Below the pieces are notes generated by a model, which worked only from the letters and a program-made list of their open reading frames with translations, did not search any database and was not told the DNA's origin. The translations under genes were made by a program, and so were the position numbers. A stretch of DNA of 64,000 nt. It comes from the human T2T-CHM13v2.0 reference genome, Homo sapiens. The DNA lies in assembly GCF_009914755.1 (NCBI RefSeq), contig NC_060930.1; one strand, written 5' to 3'. Of the stretch, positions 17,437 to 30,958 are shown one piece after another (the first letter of the stretch is position 1; each line of letters opens with the position of its first letter).

Positions 17437-20400
17437 TGTCCAGCCCAGTGACCCAGCAGAAGACATGCCTCTCTGTACTCTGGAAGACAGGCTCATCAAA
17501 CTTAGTCCCACTGTGGATCTTAGAGTAACTGTCACCCAATTTCAGTCCTACTCAGCTATAGTCCAGGGCAAGACCTTCCCACCCAGAGATCTGCCCAGTA
17601 ACCCAGTGGGAACTACATCTACCTGTGCACTTGGTGGCAGGTAATCTACAGACCTAACTGTGGACCTTGAAATGAACTTTTGTCCACCAGCCCTATGGAC
17701 CAAGGTTCCAGAAGCAGTCCAATTCATCCATAAACCAAGCAGGATCCATGCTTGCCAGCATCCCTGATAACAGGTCTGCCAACTGCAGAACCCACTTCAG
17801 ACCCAGCAGTGGTCACCAAACTTGCCTCAAACTCCACTTTACTACAGTCCTAGAAGTAATTCCATCAGCCCAGGAAACTGGCAGAGAAAGGTCTTTACTT
17901 GCCATAACCAATCTTTAAAGACTGGTAGAGGTGTTTATTCTTTCAAAAGCACAGTAACCAATACAGGCTCTACGAATCTCAAAAAATCAGGCAAACAAAA
18001 CACCATGAAAGGAATCTAATAAAGCTCCAGTAACCTATCCCAAAGAAATAGAGACCTAGAAATTACTTGACAATAAATTCAAAATAATCACCTTAATGAA
18101 GCTTAATGAGGTATAAAAAACACATATATACAACTAAACAAAAATCAGAAAAACAATGCATGGATAAAATGAGAATAAATAAACCAAAACCATAAAAAGA
18201 ACAAATTCGAAATCCTGGAACTGAAGAATTCAATGACAGACTGAAAATTTAATGGAGAACTTCAACAGCAGACTCAGTCATATAGAGGAAAGACTCAGTA
18301 TACTTGAAGACAGGTTCTTTGACATTAGCCAGTTAGAGGAAACAATAGAAAAACATTGGAGAAAGCATATAAAGCCTATGGGACACCATCAAACCAACAA
18401 ATATAAACATTATGGAGGTTCCAGAAGGAAATAAGAGAGAGAAAGGGACAGGAAACTTATTTAAAGAAATTATTGGTGAAAACTTCCCAAATTTTGGAAG
18501 AGATATGGACATCCAAATTCATGAGTCTCAATTATTGCCAATAAAAAAATCCAAAGAAAATTACTCTGAGACACTTTATATATAAACTGTCAAAACTCAA
18601 AGACAAAAATAACTTAGAAAGAAGCAAGAGAAAAGCTACTCATCACGTACAAGACAACTGTCACAAGGTTATCAGCAAATTTTTCAGACAAAATTTTGCA
18701 GGTGAGGGGGAAAGGGATAACACATAATCGTTTTAATGTGTTGGACTTAAAGAAAAAACTGCCTACCAAAAATACTTTACCTGAAAAAAACTGACCTTCA
18801 GAAATGAAGGAGACATAAAAACATTCCCAGACAAACTAAAGGTGAGGGAGATAATCACTACTAAACATGCCTTACAGGAAATGCTAAAAAAGGTTCTTCA
18901 AGTTTATTTGAAAGGATGCCAGGTAACAACGTGAAAACATATGGAAGTATAAAACTCACTTTAATGGAAAGAATATAGTCAAATCAGAATTCTCTGTTAG
19001 TGTAATGGGGGTGTATAATTACTTTACTGTAATAAAAATGTTTAAGATAAAAGTATTAAAATAACTATAACTATAATAATTTGTTAATGAACATACAATA
19101 TATAAAACATGTAAATTGTGATATCAACACCATTAAATGTGAGTGGAGAGGTTAAAATGTAGAGTTTTTATATGTAGACTATTTATAAGTTGTTTTATTT
19201 ACCTCCTGGTAATCACACAATTAAAAAAAAGCACAGTAGATACACAAAAGAAAAAGAGAAGAGATGCAAACATATCACTACAAAAAATCATCAAATCATA
19301 AAGAAAAACAGCAAGAGGGGAGAAATGAAACAAAGATCTTTAGGATAAACAGAAAACAATTAACAAAGTGGCAGTAGTAAGTCCTTACATGTCAATAACT
19401 ACTTTAAATGTACATGGATTGAATTCTCCAATCAAAAACATAAGTGGCTAAATGAGTACTTTTTAAAAAATTCAACTATATGGTACCTCCAAGAGACTTA
19501 CTTTAACTTTGATGACACATATTGGTTGAAAGTGAAAAAATGCAAAAAGATATTCCATGCATGTGGTAACCAAAAGAGAGAAGGAGTGGCTATACTTGTA
19601 CAAAACAGAATAGACCTTAAGTAAAAAGTATCACAAGACACAAAGTAGTCATCATGTAATAATAAAGAGGTCAATTCATTAATAGATTATAACAACTACA
19701 AGTACATATGCACTCAACGTTGGAACACTTAAGTATATAAATATATAGCCAAGACACTCTGGGGAATGAAGAACAAAGCCCGAGGCATTAGGGTTCCTGA
19801 TAGCGAACTGCATTTTAAAGCCTTAATATGATACAGCATTACAAAGCAATATGATACTGTCATAAAAACAGACACACAGACTAATGGAACAGAATAGAGA
19901 GAACTGAAATAAACCCACACACATATTCTACTAAGTAATTTTTGGTCAGGGTGCCAAGCATACACAGTGTGGAAAGGATAGTCTCTTCAAATAAATGGTG
20001 TTTGGAAAAGTGAATATCCACAAGCAAAACAAAAGCAAAAACAAATTAAGCCCTTGTCTTACACCACACACACAAAAAATAACTCAAAAGGAAATGAATT
20101 TCAGACTTAAATGTAAGATCTGGAATAATAAAACTGTTAGGCAAAAACATAGGGAAAAATCTTCTTGACACTGATTGTGGCAATGAATTTAGTTATGTCA
20201 CGAAGAACGCAAGCATTGCAAACAAAATACACAAGCAAGGCTGCACCCAAATCTTCTGCACATGAAACGTTTTCATCAGCACGTAGAACATTCCCAGAAT
20301 AGACTATATCTTTGATCACAAAACAAGTCTGAACACATTTTAAAAGGAGAAATAATATTAAAAATCATTTCCAACCACAACAGAATAAAACTGGCAATCA

Positions 20401-21763
20401 ATAACAAGAGGAGCTTGTTGGAAACTTTGCAAACGCGTGGAAATTAAACAATGTCCTCCTGAATGACCAATGAGTCAATGAAGAACATAAGAAGAAAATT
20501 TTAAAATTTCTTGAAGCAAATGAAAATGGACATACAACATACCAAAGCCTCCGGGATACAGCAAAAGCAGTACTAACAAGGAAGTTTATAGCAATAAAAG
20601 CTTATATCAAAAACTAGCAATACTTCAAATAAACAACCTAATAATGCACCTCAAGGAGATAGAGAAGCTAGAACAGACCAAATCCAAAATTAATAGAGGG
20701 AAAGACATAATAAAAATCAGCGCAGAGATAAATGAAGTTGAGACTAAAGTAAAATACAAAAGTTCAACATAATAGAAAGTTGGTTTTTTGAAAAGATAAA
20801 CAAAATTGACAAATCTTTGGCTGGACTTAAATAAAACAGAGAAGATTCAAATAACATTAGAAACAAGAAAGAAGCCATTTCTGAGACCACAGAAATACAG
20901 TCATTAGAGACTATTTTGAACAACTATATGCCAACAAAATGGAAAAATCTTGAAGAAATGAATAAATTCCTAGAAATACACAACCTACCAAAATTGAACC
21001 ATAAAGAAATAGAAAACCTCAACAAACAAATAAGAAGTAACAAAATCGAAGCTGTAATAAAAGTCTCTCATCAAAGAAAAGCCCAGGACCTAATGGTGAC
21101 GTGCACCTGTGGTTCCAGCTACTTAGGAGGCTGAAGCAGGAGGATGACTTGAGCCTGAGAGGTCAAAGCTGCAGTGAGCCATGTTTGTACCACTGTACTC
21201 CAGCCAGCCTGGCCGTGCTCACAACCAAAGAAAAAGAAAACACCAAACAAACCCGATTTATATAATGAAATATTATTTAGCCTCAAAATAAAATAAAATA
21301 TTGCCATTTGCAATAACATGACTAGATCCAGAAGACAATTTGCTAAGTGAAATAAGCCAGATACAGAAAGACAAATACTGTAGCATCTCATTTATGTGTG
21401 GAATGTAAAAATGTCAGACTCGTAGAAATGAAGAGTATAATGCTGGTTGTCGGGGGCTGCTTACTGGGAGGATGTTGGTAAAAGGTACAAACTGTCAGTT
21501 ATAAGATAGATTCATTTTGGGGATCTAATGTATAGCATGGTGACTATAGTTAATAACAGTGTATTATATTTGAGGTTTGCTTAGACAGAAGATTTTAGGT
21601 GTTCTCGCCACACACACACACACACACAATGGCAACTATGTGATGTGATGGGTGTGTTAATTAGCTTGATTGTGGTAATCATTTCACAATGTATACATGT
21701 ATTATCACCTTGTATGTATTAAGTATATATACATGTTGTCAATTACGCCTCAATAAAGCTAAA
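17437..21763 (+). mobile_element. L1MA8/9-like element (5' UTR, ORF1, rearranged ORF2, 3' end) nested in the host L1
   Basis: ORF1-like ENFNSRLSHIEERLS; 3' end gatctaatgtatagcatggtgactatagttaataac...tgtcaattacgcctcaataaagct. Confidence 0.75.
21093..21240 (+). mobile_element. Alu right-arm fragment (AluJ/FRAM-like)
   Basis: gcacctgtggttccagctacttaggaggctgaagcaggaggatgacttgagcc. Confidence 0.85.
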
Positions 21764-24106
21764 ACAAGAGTGACATTATATAATGATCAATTCTTTGCAA
21801 AGAAAACAAGTATGCACCTAATAAAAGATCTTCGAGTTATGTGAGGCAGAAACTAATGTAACAACGAAGAGAAATCAACAAATGCACTGCTACACTGGCG
21901 ATTTTAAGCACCTCTGTTTAGTAGCAGCAGAGTATTAACCAGGTGGGATTAAAATACAATTAATTATAGAAAGATAGCTGAAATGCTTCAAAATATTTGA
22001 AAATTAAGCAATGTGCTACTAAATTACATATCTGTTAAACATGAAGTCCCAAGAGAAATTAAGACAAACGTTCAACAATGAAAATGAAAATAGAAATTAC
22101 AAAATTTTGTGGGAAGAAAAAAAAACAGTGCTTAGAAAAATTTGTAGCATTGACTCTATATCTTAGAAAAAAAGGACAACTCTGAAATCAATAATCTAAC
22201 CTTCCTCAGTGGGAGACTAGAGAAATATGGGCGATTTAAACATGAAGCAACTGGAGAAAATAAAATTTTAAAAGTCAAAGCAGAAATCAGTGAAATTCAT
22301 ATCAGGAATACAATAGAGAAAAACAATGAAACAAAAGCTGTTTCTTTGAACAGACCAATAAAATTGATATAATTATAGCCAGCTGACCAAGAAAAAAAGG
22401 AGCGAAGACACAAGTTACCCACATGAGAAATGAAGGAGTAGAGTCCACTACAAATCTCACGAACAGTAACAGGATAGTAAAAGAATCCTATAAACAACTA
22501 TACCCAGTGAATCTATCACTTTGATGAAATGGGCTGCTATGTTGAAATACACAAACTACAAAAACTTATTCAAAGATAAATGATCTCAATGCGCATATAT
22601 CCATTAAAAAATTGAATCAATAATTAATAACTATTCAACAAAGAAAACAAAGTCAAGATGGTTTTATAGGTGAGTCCCACCAACCCTTTAAGTAAGAAGT
22701 GATGCCAATTCTCTGTCATGTCTTTCAGAAAATAGAAACAGAGATCTCACTTCCTACCTCTCATAATTCTATGTGATCAGGATTACACTAAGGGCAAAGC
22801 CAGATGAAAACATTATCAGAAGGGAAACCAGAGGCCATTATCTCTCAGCACCCCACTGAGGGACTTGTTAAAGGGGGACAGGAGCCAACTGAAAGGGGTC
22901 CCAGTGGCTAAGCTAGAAGTATTTGAAACAAAACAAAAGTAGTAATGGATTATAACCAAAAGTATAACATATATATCCATGATTCCATAAAAATATAAAC
23001 AAATGATTAAATAAGTAAATAAATATGAAGGAAGGCAAATTTCCCTGCAGAAGCATTCCCAATAACAGGTAGATAACCCACCCTCAATGGGGGGAAGCAC
23101 CAACCCTCATTGCTTAAGTATGGATGGCACATAGTGACTTCCTTCGAAAGAATGTGCACAGGGAGGAAGTACAGTGACATCACAGTGGAGAAGCCCAGGA
23201 AATCCCTCCTCCGCCAGGTGATCAAGGTGAACGTCAACAGTGATGAATCATGTTGTTTGTACATAACCAGAGTATAATGGGATGGAAATGTCTCTTCACT
23301 TCTGTGGTCTTCCTCATACACACAGACAAAATCCGAAAGCCCTGTCCAACCATCAGAAAACACTAGACAAATTTCAATAGAGAGGCATTCGACAAAGCAC
23401 CCAGCCAGTGCTCCTCAGAGCTGTCAAGGTCATCGAGACAAGGAATGCTCGAGAAACTTTCACAGCTGAGAGGAAGCCGGGAGACCTGAGGACTCGGTAG
23501 CATGTGGGATCCTGGGCAGGGTGGGGAAACAGAAGAAGACCTCAAGTAAAAACCAAGGACATCTGAATGAAGTACAACTTGAGTTGTTAAGAATATATCA
23601 GTATTGGTCCATTAATTGCCACATGCACCATACTAAAGTAAGATGGAAGAAAAAAGAAATGAAAATGAAATCACTAACACACATTTACCATTTAAAGCCT
23701 TTGTTCTTGTTATAAATTTCATAATATAATGAGGTGATTAATACCTTTATTCTTGTATATTAGAAAAAATAGGCTCACAGAGGGTTATTGATGTGCTTAG
23801 TGTAGGGTTTGTGAGTAGGACTTAGGTCTAGCTAACACCAGGGTCATTGCCCTTAATTTCTCCTATTTTGTAAACTCTATTTTTTAAATATTCAAGTTTT
23901 GCCAGGCCAAAATACAATATTGCTGATCCGTACTGAGTCCTTATTCTGAGCACTGTTCTGACACTCGCTCATTTGATCGCTGCAAACCCTAGGAGATGGC
24001 ATGGTTATTTTTTCAATATTTCAACTGATGCCATTAAACACAGTTTGGTTAACTTTCCAAAAGGTCACAATGGCTGTAAATAGCATAAAGATTACAAAGT
24101 GCCAGA

Positions 24107-24352
24107 CGTTTGAGACCAGCCTGGCCAACATGGTGAAACCCCATCTCTACTAAAAATACAAAAATTATCCGGGCTTGGTGGTGCATGCCTGTAAACCCAG
24201 CTACTCAGGAGGCTGAGGCAAGAGAATTGCTTGAACCTGGGAGGCAGAGGTTGCCATGAGCCGAGATTGTGCCACTGCACTCCAGCCTGGGTGACAAGAG
24301 CGAAACTCTGGCTCAACAGAGGGAGACTCCACCTCAAAAAATAAATAAATAA
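24107..24352 (+). mobile_element. 5'-truncated AluS inserted in a MIR remnant, with a doubled 3' terminus
   Basis: gtttgagaccagcctggccaacatggtgaaacc...gacaagagcgaaactc, then aacagagggagactcc and an A-rich tail. Confidence 0.92.
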
Positions 24353-26271
24353 TACAATGCCGGGATTCAGACCTGGGCTGCCTGGCTCCAAAGTCATGAC
24401 TCTCCCTTACTCCAGAAGAGCAACATTTCTAGGATGAGAAATGGCCCATTTAGAAAGCTCGTGGAGAGAAGGTGTGTTGCTTTCTGTGTGCTTTTTCCCT
24501 CTGATTCATTTCTCTTCCATCTATGTTTGTCTGATCAGTGTTATTGTGCATGCGTGTGTATGCACGTAACTCTGTGCACATACTTGTATGTGTATGCATG
24601 CATCACGTGTGCATCTGTACATGCATTTTAGTGGTACATTGCATTTGTGTCAAGTTTTAGTGAACACATTTATTAAGGACATGTGAGAATTTATTTGAGG
24701 ATGATTATACTGAGAATTTTGCTTCAGAATTTTGACTGTGCTGCAAGGTCCCACTGTATTCCTTAGCTTTCTATTCTATTCCACTGATCTAGCTGCACCT
24801 GTATCATAAAATTCACATTTAAAAATAATGGTTTTATAATGTTTTAAGTGGCATCATTCAGACAGTTGAGGGAGAAAACAGTTGTTTGGCATGAACAGAG
24901 CACTTACTCTGTTACAAGATACATGTTTGGTCCTGGCTGTTTTGTGGCCTTTGTGGCATTGCATAAATACAAGTTTTAATATTCTTATCTTTAAAATATA
25001 GAAAATAATACCTATTTCATGGTATGCTTTACAAATTAAATAAATCAAAGAATTTGAATGTGGTAAAGAGCATGGTGAATTCTACATTCATATGATAAAT
25101 TATTATGAAGGGATAATACATAGCTATAATTTATGTCAACTGTCAATGTTTATTGTATTATTAAATTTTCTGACATGGCTGAGGAGGAGCAAAGGAAAAT
25201 CAAAACCCAGGTGTTTGGTAATAGCACCATGAGCGCTGGCTCTCTGGACCCCTCGGGTGGTAGCATAAATTTGTGTTACCAGTGGCTGCAGGAGAGGAAA
25301 CTTGGTGGGAAGCCATTTTATTTGAGGGTGGCTCTGAGATGGAGATTCCGAGGTTCAAAGTTGTAAATAGACTTGGGGAAGTGACTTTTGTTAAACTGAT
25401 AAACAATTGTATTGCTAAAGAGCAAGAGAAGTACTCAGTCACAATTTTATCCCTAGATCCACGTTAATGTGGGTAATTGATCAATTCAAAGGAACTAGTG
25501 ACAATCAGGGCCACCTGGCCTGAGAGTGACCCCTTCACTCTGGGCTGATGGCGTCTGGTGGGACAGGCCTCTTTTTTTATTTCAGGAGCCTTGCAGGGAG
25601 TCACATAAGGTGGTTCCTTTTGGACGAATGCAATCCCCAGGTCACAAATTTTGAATACTCAGAACTTGAGGTCTCAGGCTCCAAGAAACATTGGTTTCAA
25701 AACTGTTCGACACGGTTCACTTCAATGGACATTCCTCTTAAGTCGGCAGTACTAAGAATAGTGTCGTGTCCTCCGAGCAGAGTCTGAACATGTTTGCCAG
25801 CACACTTCCATCCTTCCCTAGCTTTGGAGATGGGGCAAGAGACTTGGGCTATAAAGCAGAAAATTTTACTTACTCATAAATTTTTGAAAATGGTTTCCAG
25901 AGAGGAAAATGACCATTCTCATGACTAAAATGTAAGCCAAATCAAGCCTTAGTCTAGCAAGATGTCAGTAGTAATGGTCCAGTCTTTTCATCAGTGTGTT
26001 TTATTTTTTCTTCTCTTTTCATTAGCACAATTGTCTACAAACATCTTCCCATAGGTTCGATTCAACTCAGCACATCCTTAAATGCTGCTGTCTCCCTCCT
26101 CACTGTATCCACAAATTCACTCTCAGTCTTTTGCACTCTCTTACTTTCTCTCTCTTCCACTACTGCTTTGAAAAGTCTGTTTAAAGACGTTAAAATCTTT
26201 GTAAAAATACTGATAATACTTCTCATTTCCATGTGCTGTAATACCCATTGAATACACTGACTATCTTGTGA

Positions 26272-26445
26272 TGAGTTGGCTGCCTGCAATTGGCTAAAGT
26301 CCAACTGCTTGCAATTGGCTAAAACCTGGCTGTTACAAAACAATATACTACCAAGTTCAATGTCTGTGTGCTTAAGTACTAAATTAGGTTGCAGTTTGTT
26401 ACCCAGGAACTCAAAATACATATACGGCACAGGTTAAAGGCCTTC
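26272..26445 (-). mobile_element. MER57-like ERV1 LTR fragment
   Basis: Minus strand reads gagttcctgggtaacaaactgcaacctaatttagtac...tttgtaac...gccaatt..gccaatt..gccaact, matching recalled MER57E/F architecture. Confidence 0.6.
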
Positions 26446-27101
26446 TGCTAGTGTAACCTCACAAGAGTAAAATACAGAAGGGAGGGTGACAATGACATTT
26501 CAAACCCACGCAACATACTTGAAATTATGTTTTTCCCAGAAATAGGAGCTCTCATTCTTTCATTAATGACATTGGTGAGAGATTTATTTCCAAAGGTAAT
26601 TTCAGTTGGTTGTATTCTTTTCATATCTGTGCACAGAAAATCCTTTCTGTCCAACTCTAGTTCATCCAAGATTGAACTAAGGATAAACACATACTTGAAC
26701 TGCTTTTAAAGTTTAGCTCGATGTACAAGGTGCCACTGAAGCTTCTGAAAGAACAGAATAGAGACAAGTTGATCTTTAGCTGCAACAATGAAGGACCTTA
26801 GCCCTGCTGTTATCACCTTTCCATCAAAGCGATTCTTCCATGACAACCTTTATTCGGCAAGCTCAGTGAGAAATGATATTTTCATGTTCCTCTTCCCATA
26901 GCCTGCTTTAAAAAGGAACATCTCACTTAAGAACTTGCCTCATACCCATGTTTCAGACAAAATAATCTCACAATTATACGGGGTTCCCTGGTGAGGTCAT
27001 TACCACAGAATTACATAGGGTTGGGTTTTGATTCAAAATGTTTTGAACAGCAGTTTTCTGCTGTAAGTTTTATACGCTTTTAAAAGAACCTGACTATTTT
27101 A

Positions 27102-27219
27102 GGGGAATTGCTTGAACCAGGGAGTCGGAGGTTGCAGTGAGATGGCGCCACTGTACTCCAGCCTGGTGACAGAGCAAGAGTCTGTCTCAAAAAAAAAAAA
27201 AAAAAAACAACAAAAAAAA
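27102..27219 (+). mobile_element. Heavily 5'-truncated Alu (AluSc-like) with a 20-bp TSD
   Basis: TSD aaaagaacctgactatttta (27082-27101) and aaaagaacttgcctatttta (27216-27235); TTTT/AAAA L1 endonuclease site; cctggtgacagag. Confidence 0.93.
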
Positions 27220-27832
27220 GAACTTGCCTATTTTATTTTCCCATCCATTTCCATTTCTTTTCTATCTTCTTTTAAAATTCATTAGTACTATGTGCCTGTT
27301 TCTCTATGTATCTCGTCACACATTTATCACCAGCAGTGGCCTTCTCCAACCACTCGCAGTTATTTTAATGCAATTTTTATAAAGGCATATAATAATGTGT
27401 TCCAAGGCCCTGCTCCAAGCCTTTTACAACTATTAAGTAATTCTGTCTTTCGTGGCTGAATTCATTTCCACAGTACATACGCTGCCACTTCTGCTCAGAA
27501 ACTGAGCTGGAGTCAGGAAATTCTTTTCATTATGGGATAAGCTGGCTTGTTCTACCCCCAAGTTTAAATCTGAGGATGAATCTAGTTTTTTCTTTTTCCA
27601 GCTGGGATACAGCAAACATACAGCAAAGTCTACACAAATCTCTAGCTGATAAAGAACAGTACAAGCAGCACCTGTGCCAAGACCCCCAGAAGGTATCGTC
27701 TCTCCTCCTCCCAGATGGAGCCTCCCCTCTGAGGCCTGCCGCCATCAACACGCAGGTCGTAGGTTCCTAGAAACCAGTCCCTGAACTCAGACCCTACCAC
27801 GCACCAGCCTGAGTTCGCAAACAGACAAGCCT

Positions 27833-29248
27833 TTGGAGCCAGTCGCTCCACACTGGGGACGCTGTGGGCCTGGAGCCCGTTACTCAGGCGCTCCACACAG
27901 GGCCGCTGTGGGCCTGGAGCCCGTTACTCAGGGGCTCCACACAGGGGCGCTCCACACAGGGGCGCTGTGGGCCTGGAGCCCGTTACTCAGGTGCTCCACA
28001 CAGGGGCGCTCCACACAGGGGCGCTGTGGGCCTGGGGCCCGTTACTCAGGTCTCCACACAGGGGCGTTCCACACAGGGGCGCTGTGGGCCTGGAGCCCGT
28101 TACTCAGGTGCTCCACACAGGGGCGCTCCACACAGGGGCGCTGTGGGCCTGGGGCCCGTTACTCAGGTCTCCACACAGGGGCGTTCCACACAGGGGTGCT
28201 GTGGGCCTGGAGCCCGTTACTCAGGTGCTCCACACAGGGGCGCTCCACACAGGGGCGCTGTGGGCCTGGGGCCCGTTACTCAGGTCTCCACACAGGGGCG
28301 TTCCACACAGGGGCGCTGTGGGCCTGGAGCCCGTTACTCAGGTGCTCCACACAGGGGCGCTCCACACAGGGGCGCTGTGGGCCTGGGGCCCGTTACTCAG
28401 GTCTCCACACAGGGACGCTGTGGGCCTGGGGCCCGTTACTCAGGTGCTCCACACAGGGGCGCTCCACACAGGGGCGCTGTGGGCCTGGAGCCCTTTACTC
28501 AGGTGCTCCACACAGGGGCGCTCCACACAGGGGCGCTGTGGGCCTGGGGCCCGTTACTCAGGTGCTCCACACAGGGGCGCTGTGGGCCTGGGGCCCGTTA
28601 CTCAGGTCTCCACACAGGGACGCTGTGGGCCTGGGGCCCGTTACTCAGGTGCTCCACACAGGGGCGCTCCACACAGGGGCGCTGTGGGCCTGGAGCCAGT
28701 TACTCACGTGCTCCACACAGGGGCGCTCCACACAGGGGCGCTGTGGGCCTGGGGCCCGTTACTCAGGTGCTCCACACAGGGGCGCTCCACACAGGGGCAC
28801 TGTGGGCCTGGGGCCCGTTACTCAGGTCTCCACACAGGGGCGCTGTGGGCCTGGGGCCCGTTACTCAGGTGCTCCACACAGGGGCGCTCCACACAGGGGC
28901 ACTGTGGGCCTGGGGCCCGTTACTCAGGTCTCCACACAGGGGCGCTCCACACGGGGGCGCTGTGGGCCTGGAGCCCGTTACTCAGGTGCTGCACACGGGG
29001 GCGCTGTGGGCCTGGAGCCAGTTACTCAGGTGCTCCACACAGGGGCGCTGTGGGCCTGGGGCCTGTTACTCAGGTGCTCCACACAGGGGCGCTCCACGCA
29101 GGGGCGCTGTGGGCCTGGGGCCCGTTACTGAGGTCTCCACACAGGGGCGCTCCACACAGGGACGCTGTGGGTCTGGGGCCCGTTACTCAGGTCTCCACAC
29201 AGGGGCGCTCCACACAGGGGCGCTGTGGGCCTGGGGCCTGTGACTCAG
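27833..29248 (+). repeat. GC-rich VNTR: 43/44-bp core plus optional 15-bp subunit, with a 117-bp higher-order period
   Basis: Core ggggcgctgtgggcctggRgcccgttactcaggt(g)ctccacaca plus ggggcgYtccacaca; 39-aa periodicity in the translated frames. Confidence 0.98.
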
Positions 29249-29475
29249 TTCCCCTGAACTCAGGCTCTCGCAGCTGTAGAGCAAGGGGATGGCTCCCAGT
29301 GCTGGGACCTTTGTGTGAATCGCCCTTTCCTGTGTCTGATGCAACTGTCGTCCGTTCTCTTTGCCCATGCTCACTGCATGACCCCGAGGAACGTTACTTT
29401 TGGGAGAGGGGGCCTCATCCTCAGAGGGGCAGGCACCGGCATCTCAGCGGGTTCAGGTCCACAGGCAGCTGTACA

Positions 29476-29665
29476 TGTCCCTGCCCCCCCGGGTGCCCCT
29501 GCCCCCCAACGTGCCCCTGCCCCCCGGGTGCCCCTGACCCCCACGTGCCCCTGCCCCCCCGTGTGCCCCTGCCCCCCCGTGTGCCCCTGCCCCCCCGTGT
29601 GCCCCTGCCCCCCACGTGCCCCTGCCCCCCCGGGTGCCCCTGCCCCCCCGTGTGCCCCTGCACCC
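29476..29665 (+). repeat. C-rich ~18-19-bp VNTR gtgcccctgcccccc; G-quadruplex potential on the minus strand
   Basis: About 10 units with C4 and C5-8 runs. Confidence 0.96.
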
Positions 29666-30627
29666 CGAGCAGCCCCCAACCCCCTGAGCTGCTCTTCCTG
29701 CATCGCTGGGACCGCACCTCTCGCCCAGCAGCTCCCAGTCATCTACTAAGCAGAAAATGAGGCGACCTCCCTGGCAATGGACCACTGAGTTCTTGTAACC
29801 CACCATCTAACTTGAGCTTTCACGTCTCCTGCCCTTACCCCGCCAGAGCACGTCAACCTCAGTAGGAGTTTAGTCACTGTCTTAGAAAGAGGGCTCCCCG
29901 AATTGACCTTTGAAGACAAGACCCATTCACAGACGCAGAAGGGCTGAGCTGCCCTTAGCTGCCGTCTACCACACTCTAGTAGAGAAGATGGATGGCCAAT
30001 ATAATAAATAAGCACACTTTATGGTGCATTATAAAGTGAAGAGGGCTCCAGAGATAAAACAAAGCAGAAGGGTGACTGCGAGTGTTCCTAGCATCTGATA
30101 TTGTCCTTGACTTAAATGTTACAAAACAAAACTATGTTTAACTAAGTGGGAATATAATCTTTTGAATCTATGTGTCCCATGGAAGATAACATTTAAACAA
30201 TTTAATGCTCTCATAAAAACGCTTGGTTAACTGCAACATAAGAAATAATGAAAGAGTTATTGATAGGGTCCCCAGGGACACACAGTGAAGTCGTATTTCC
30301 AGGATGTAAAAGGCATTCCACTGAGAGATCACTATTGGGACACTCAGAGCCTTGTTTCTTAAGGAATAAATCCTCTGTATGATATCGCTTGCTATGTTCC
30401 AATTCTGGAATAGTGCTTAGCACCTAATAGGACTTTAATAAATATTTTTAACCCATAAGTGAATGAGAGGAGAGTATGAAGATGGACGAGAATATCTCAT
30501 TTTAAACAAGTGCTCTTTAGCAGTGAGAATCAGGGGTTATGACTGAGGACAAGGGAACTTCAAATCTGCTTCTTTGTTGAAAGCATGATTTCTGAATTAT
30601 CTGCAAAGGATTTACATTCTGTCTTCT

Positions 30628-30958
30628 TTTCATTCTGTTTTTCCTTTTCTTCTTCTTTTTTTTTTTTTTTTTTTTTGAGACAGAGTCTTGCTCTGTTGCC
30701 TGGGCCGGAGTGTAGCGGCACGATCTTGGCTCCCTGCAGCCTCTGCCTGTTGGGTTGAAGCGGTTCTCCTGCCTCAGCCTCCTGAGTAACTGAAATTATA
30801 GGCGCACACCACCACGTCCAGCTAATTGTTGTATTTTTGGAGAGATGGGTTTTTGCCATGTTGGCCAGGCTGTTCTCGAACTCCTGGCCTCAAGTGATTT
30901 GCTCACCTCAGCCTCCCAAAGTGCTGGGATTACAAGATGTGAGCCACTGCGCCTGGCC
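30628..30958 (-). mobile_element. Alu (AluJb/Sz-like)
   Basis: Full dimer; tacattct TSD core at 30613 and 30959. Confidence 0.95.

Noticed and set aside
25133-27770. Cluster of 60-120 aa ORFs that look like a pseudogene (e.g. FILSSILDELELDRKDFL, loosely NACHT Walker-B-like)
   Set aside because: No consistent family match across frames, many stops, and part of the longest ORF is a MER57-like LTR fragment. A tBLASTx or HMMER search would settle it.
27833-29665. SVA element
   Set aside because: No CCCTCT hexamer, Alu-like domain, SINE-R or poly(A), and the unit differs from the SVA VNTR.
27833-29806. Long ORFs as real CDS (collagen-like or Pro/Gly-rich)
   Set aside because: Non-ATG starts, open in every frame, fully explained by VNTR composition.
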